Part shown: positions 63,758 to 64,000 of the stretch, in pieces
How positions within the stretch are numbered: position 1 is the first letter of the stretch
How the letters are laid out: each line of letters starts with the position of its first letter
Origin: Paragordius varius
Lineage: Eukaryota; Animalia; Nematomorpha
Assembly (NCBI GenBank): GCA_964247055.1
Contig: OZ176055.1
Location: forward strand, 8,742,001-8,806,000
Direction: 5' to 3'
DNA: 64,000 nucleotides
The notes under the pieces: model-generated
Databases searched by the model: none
What the model was told of the DNA's origin: nothing
Seen by the model: the letters and a program-made list of their open reading frames with translations, nothing else
Position numbers and translations under genes: made by a program

Positions 63758-64000
63758 CTACCAAGAAAATTTTTTTAAAAAATAAAGATAAAATCCTTTT
63801 TAAGGTCTTTTAAATATTATTCTATAAAAAATATATATTAATTTGTACATTACCTTAAAATACCCCAGAGAAAAGGTGATTTTAATTAAAATATGAAGTT
63901 ATGCGGGCAAAGCGTAAAATATATGGACAAATATTTTTTGTTTTCTAAAAGAAAACAAAATTCTTCTAAATTGAAATATAATATATTTAAAAATTTTCAC

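Noticed and set aside
63854-63900. Candidate upstream HIP1 exon (LWGIL, with a good donor)
   Set aside because: An in-frame TAA and no acceptor AG just upstream, so the upstream exon could not be placed within the window.

Overview
AT-rich (roughly three-quarters A+T by eye), intron-containing animal genomic DNA; the species cannot be assigned from the sequence. I reconstructed seven protein-coding genes by hand, using GT-AG boundaries and checking phase at every junction. They are: BMP2/4 (dpp) (-), COP9 signalosome subunit 2 (-), mitochondrial ATP synthase subunit g (+), a 19-exon divergent P2C (Na,K/H,K-type) ATPase alpha subunit (-), carnitine O-acetyltransferase (-), a 90-aa secreted three-finger protein that the ORF track misses entirely (-), and the 3' end of a HIP1/Sla2-like gene (-). 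The remainder is decayed RTE and Gypsy retroelements, a non-autonomous Helitron family, several MITE/foldback families and tandem repeats. Three observations stand out. (1) Six GT-AG introns are only 23-31 nt long, five of them obligatory for the reading frame, and all are the first or second intron of the coding region; the other 34 inferred introns are 64-2058 nt. (2) The small secreted protein resembles a TGF-beta/activin type I receptor ectodomain but has no transmembrane or kinase domain. (3) The P2C pump has His at the Ser775/Lys791 selectivity position and has lost Na+ site III residues. All gene models are manual predictions without transcript data, and family comparisons come from remembered consensus motifs, not from searches.
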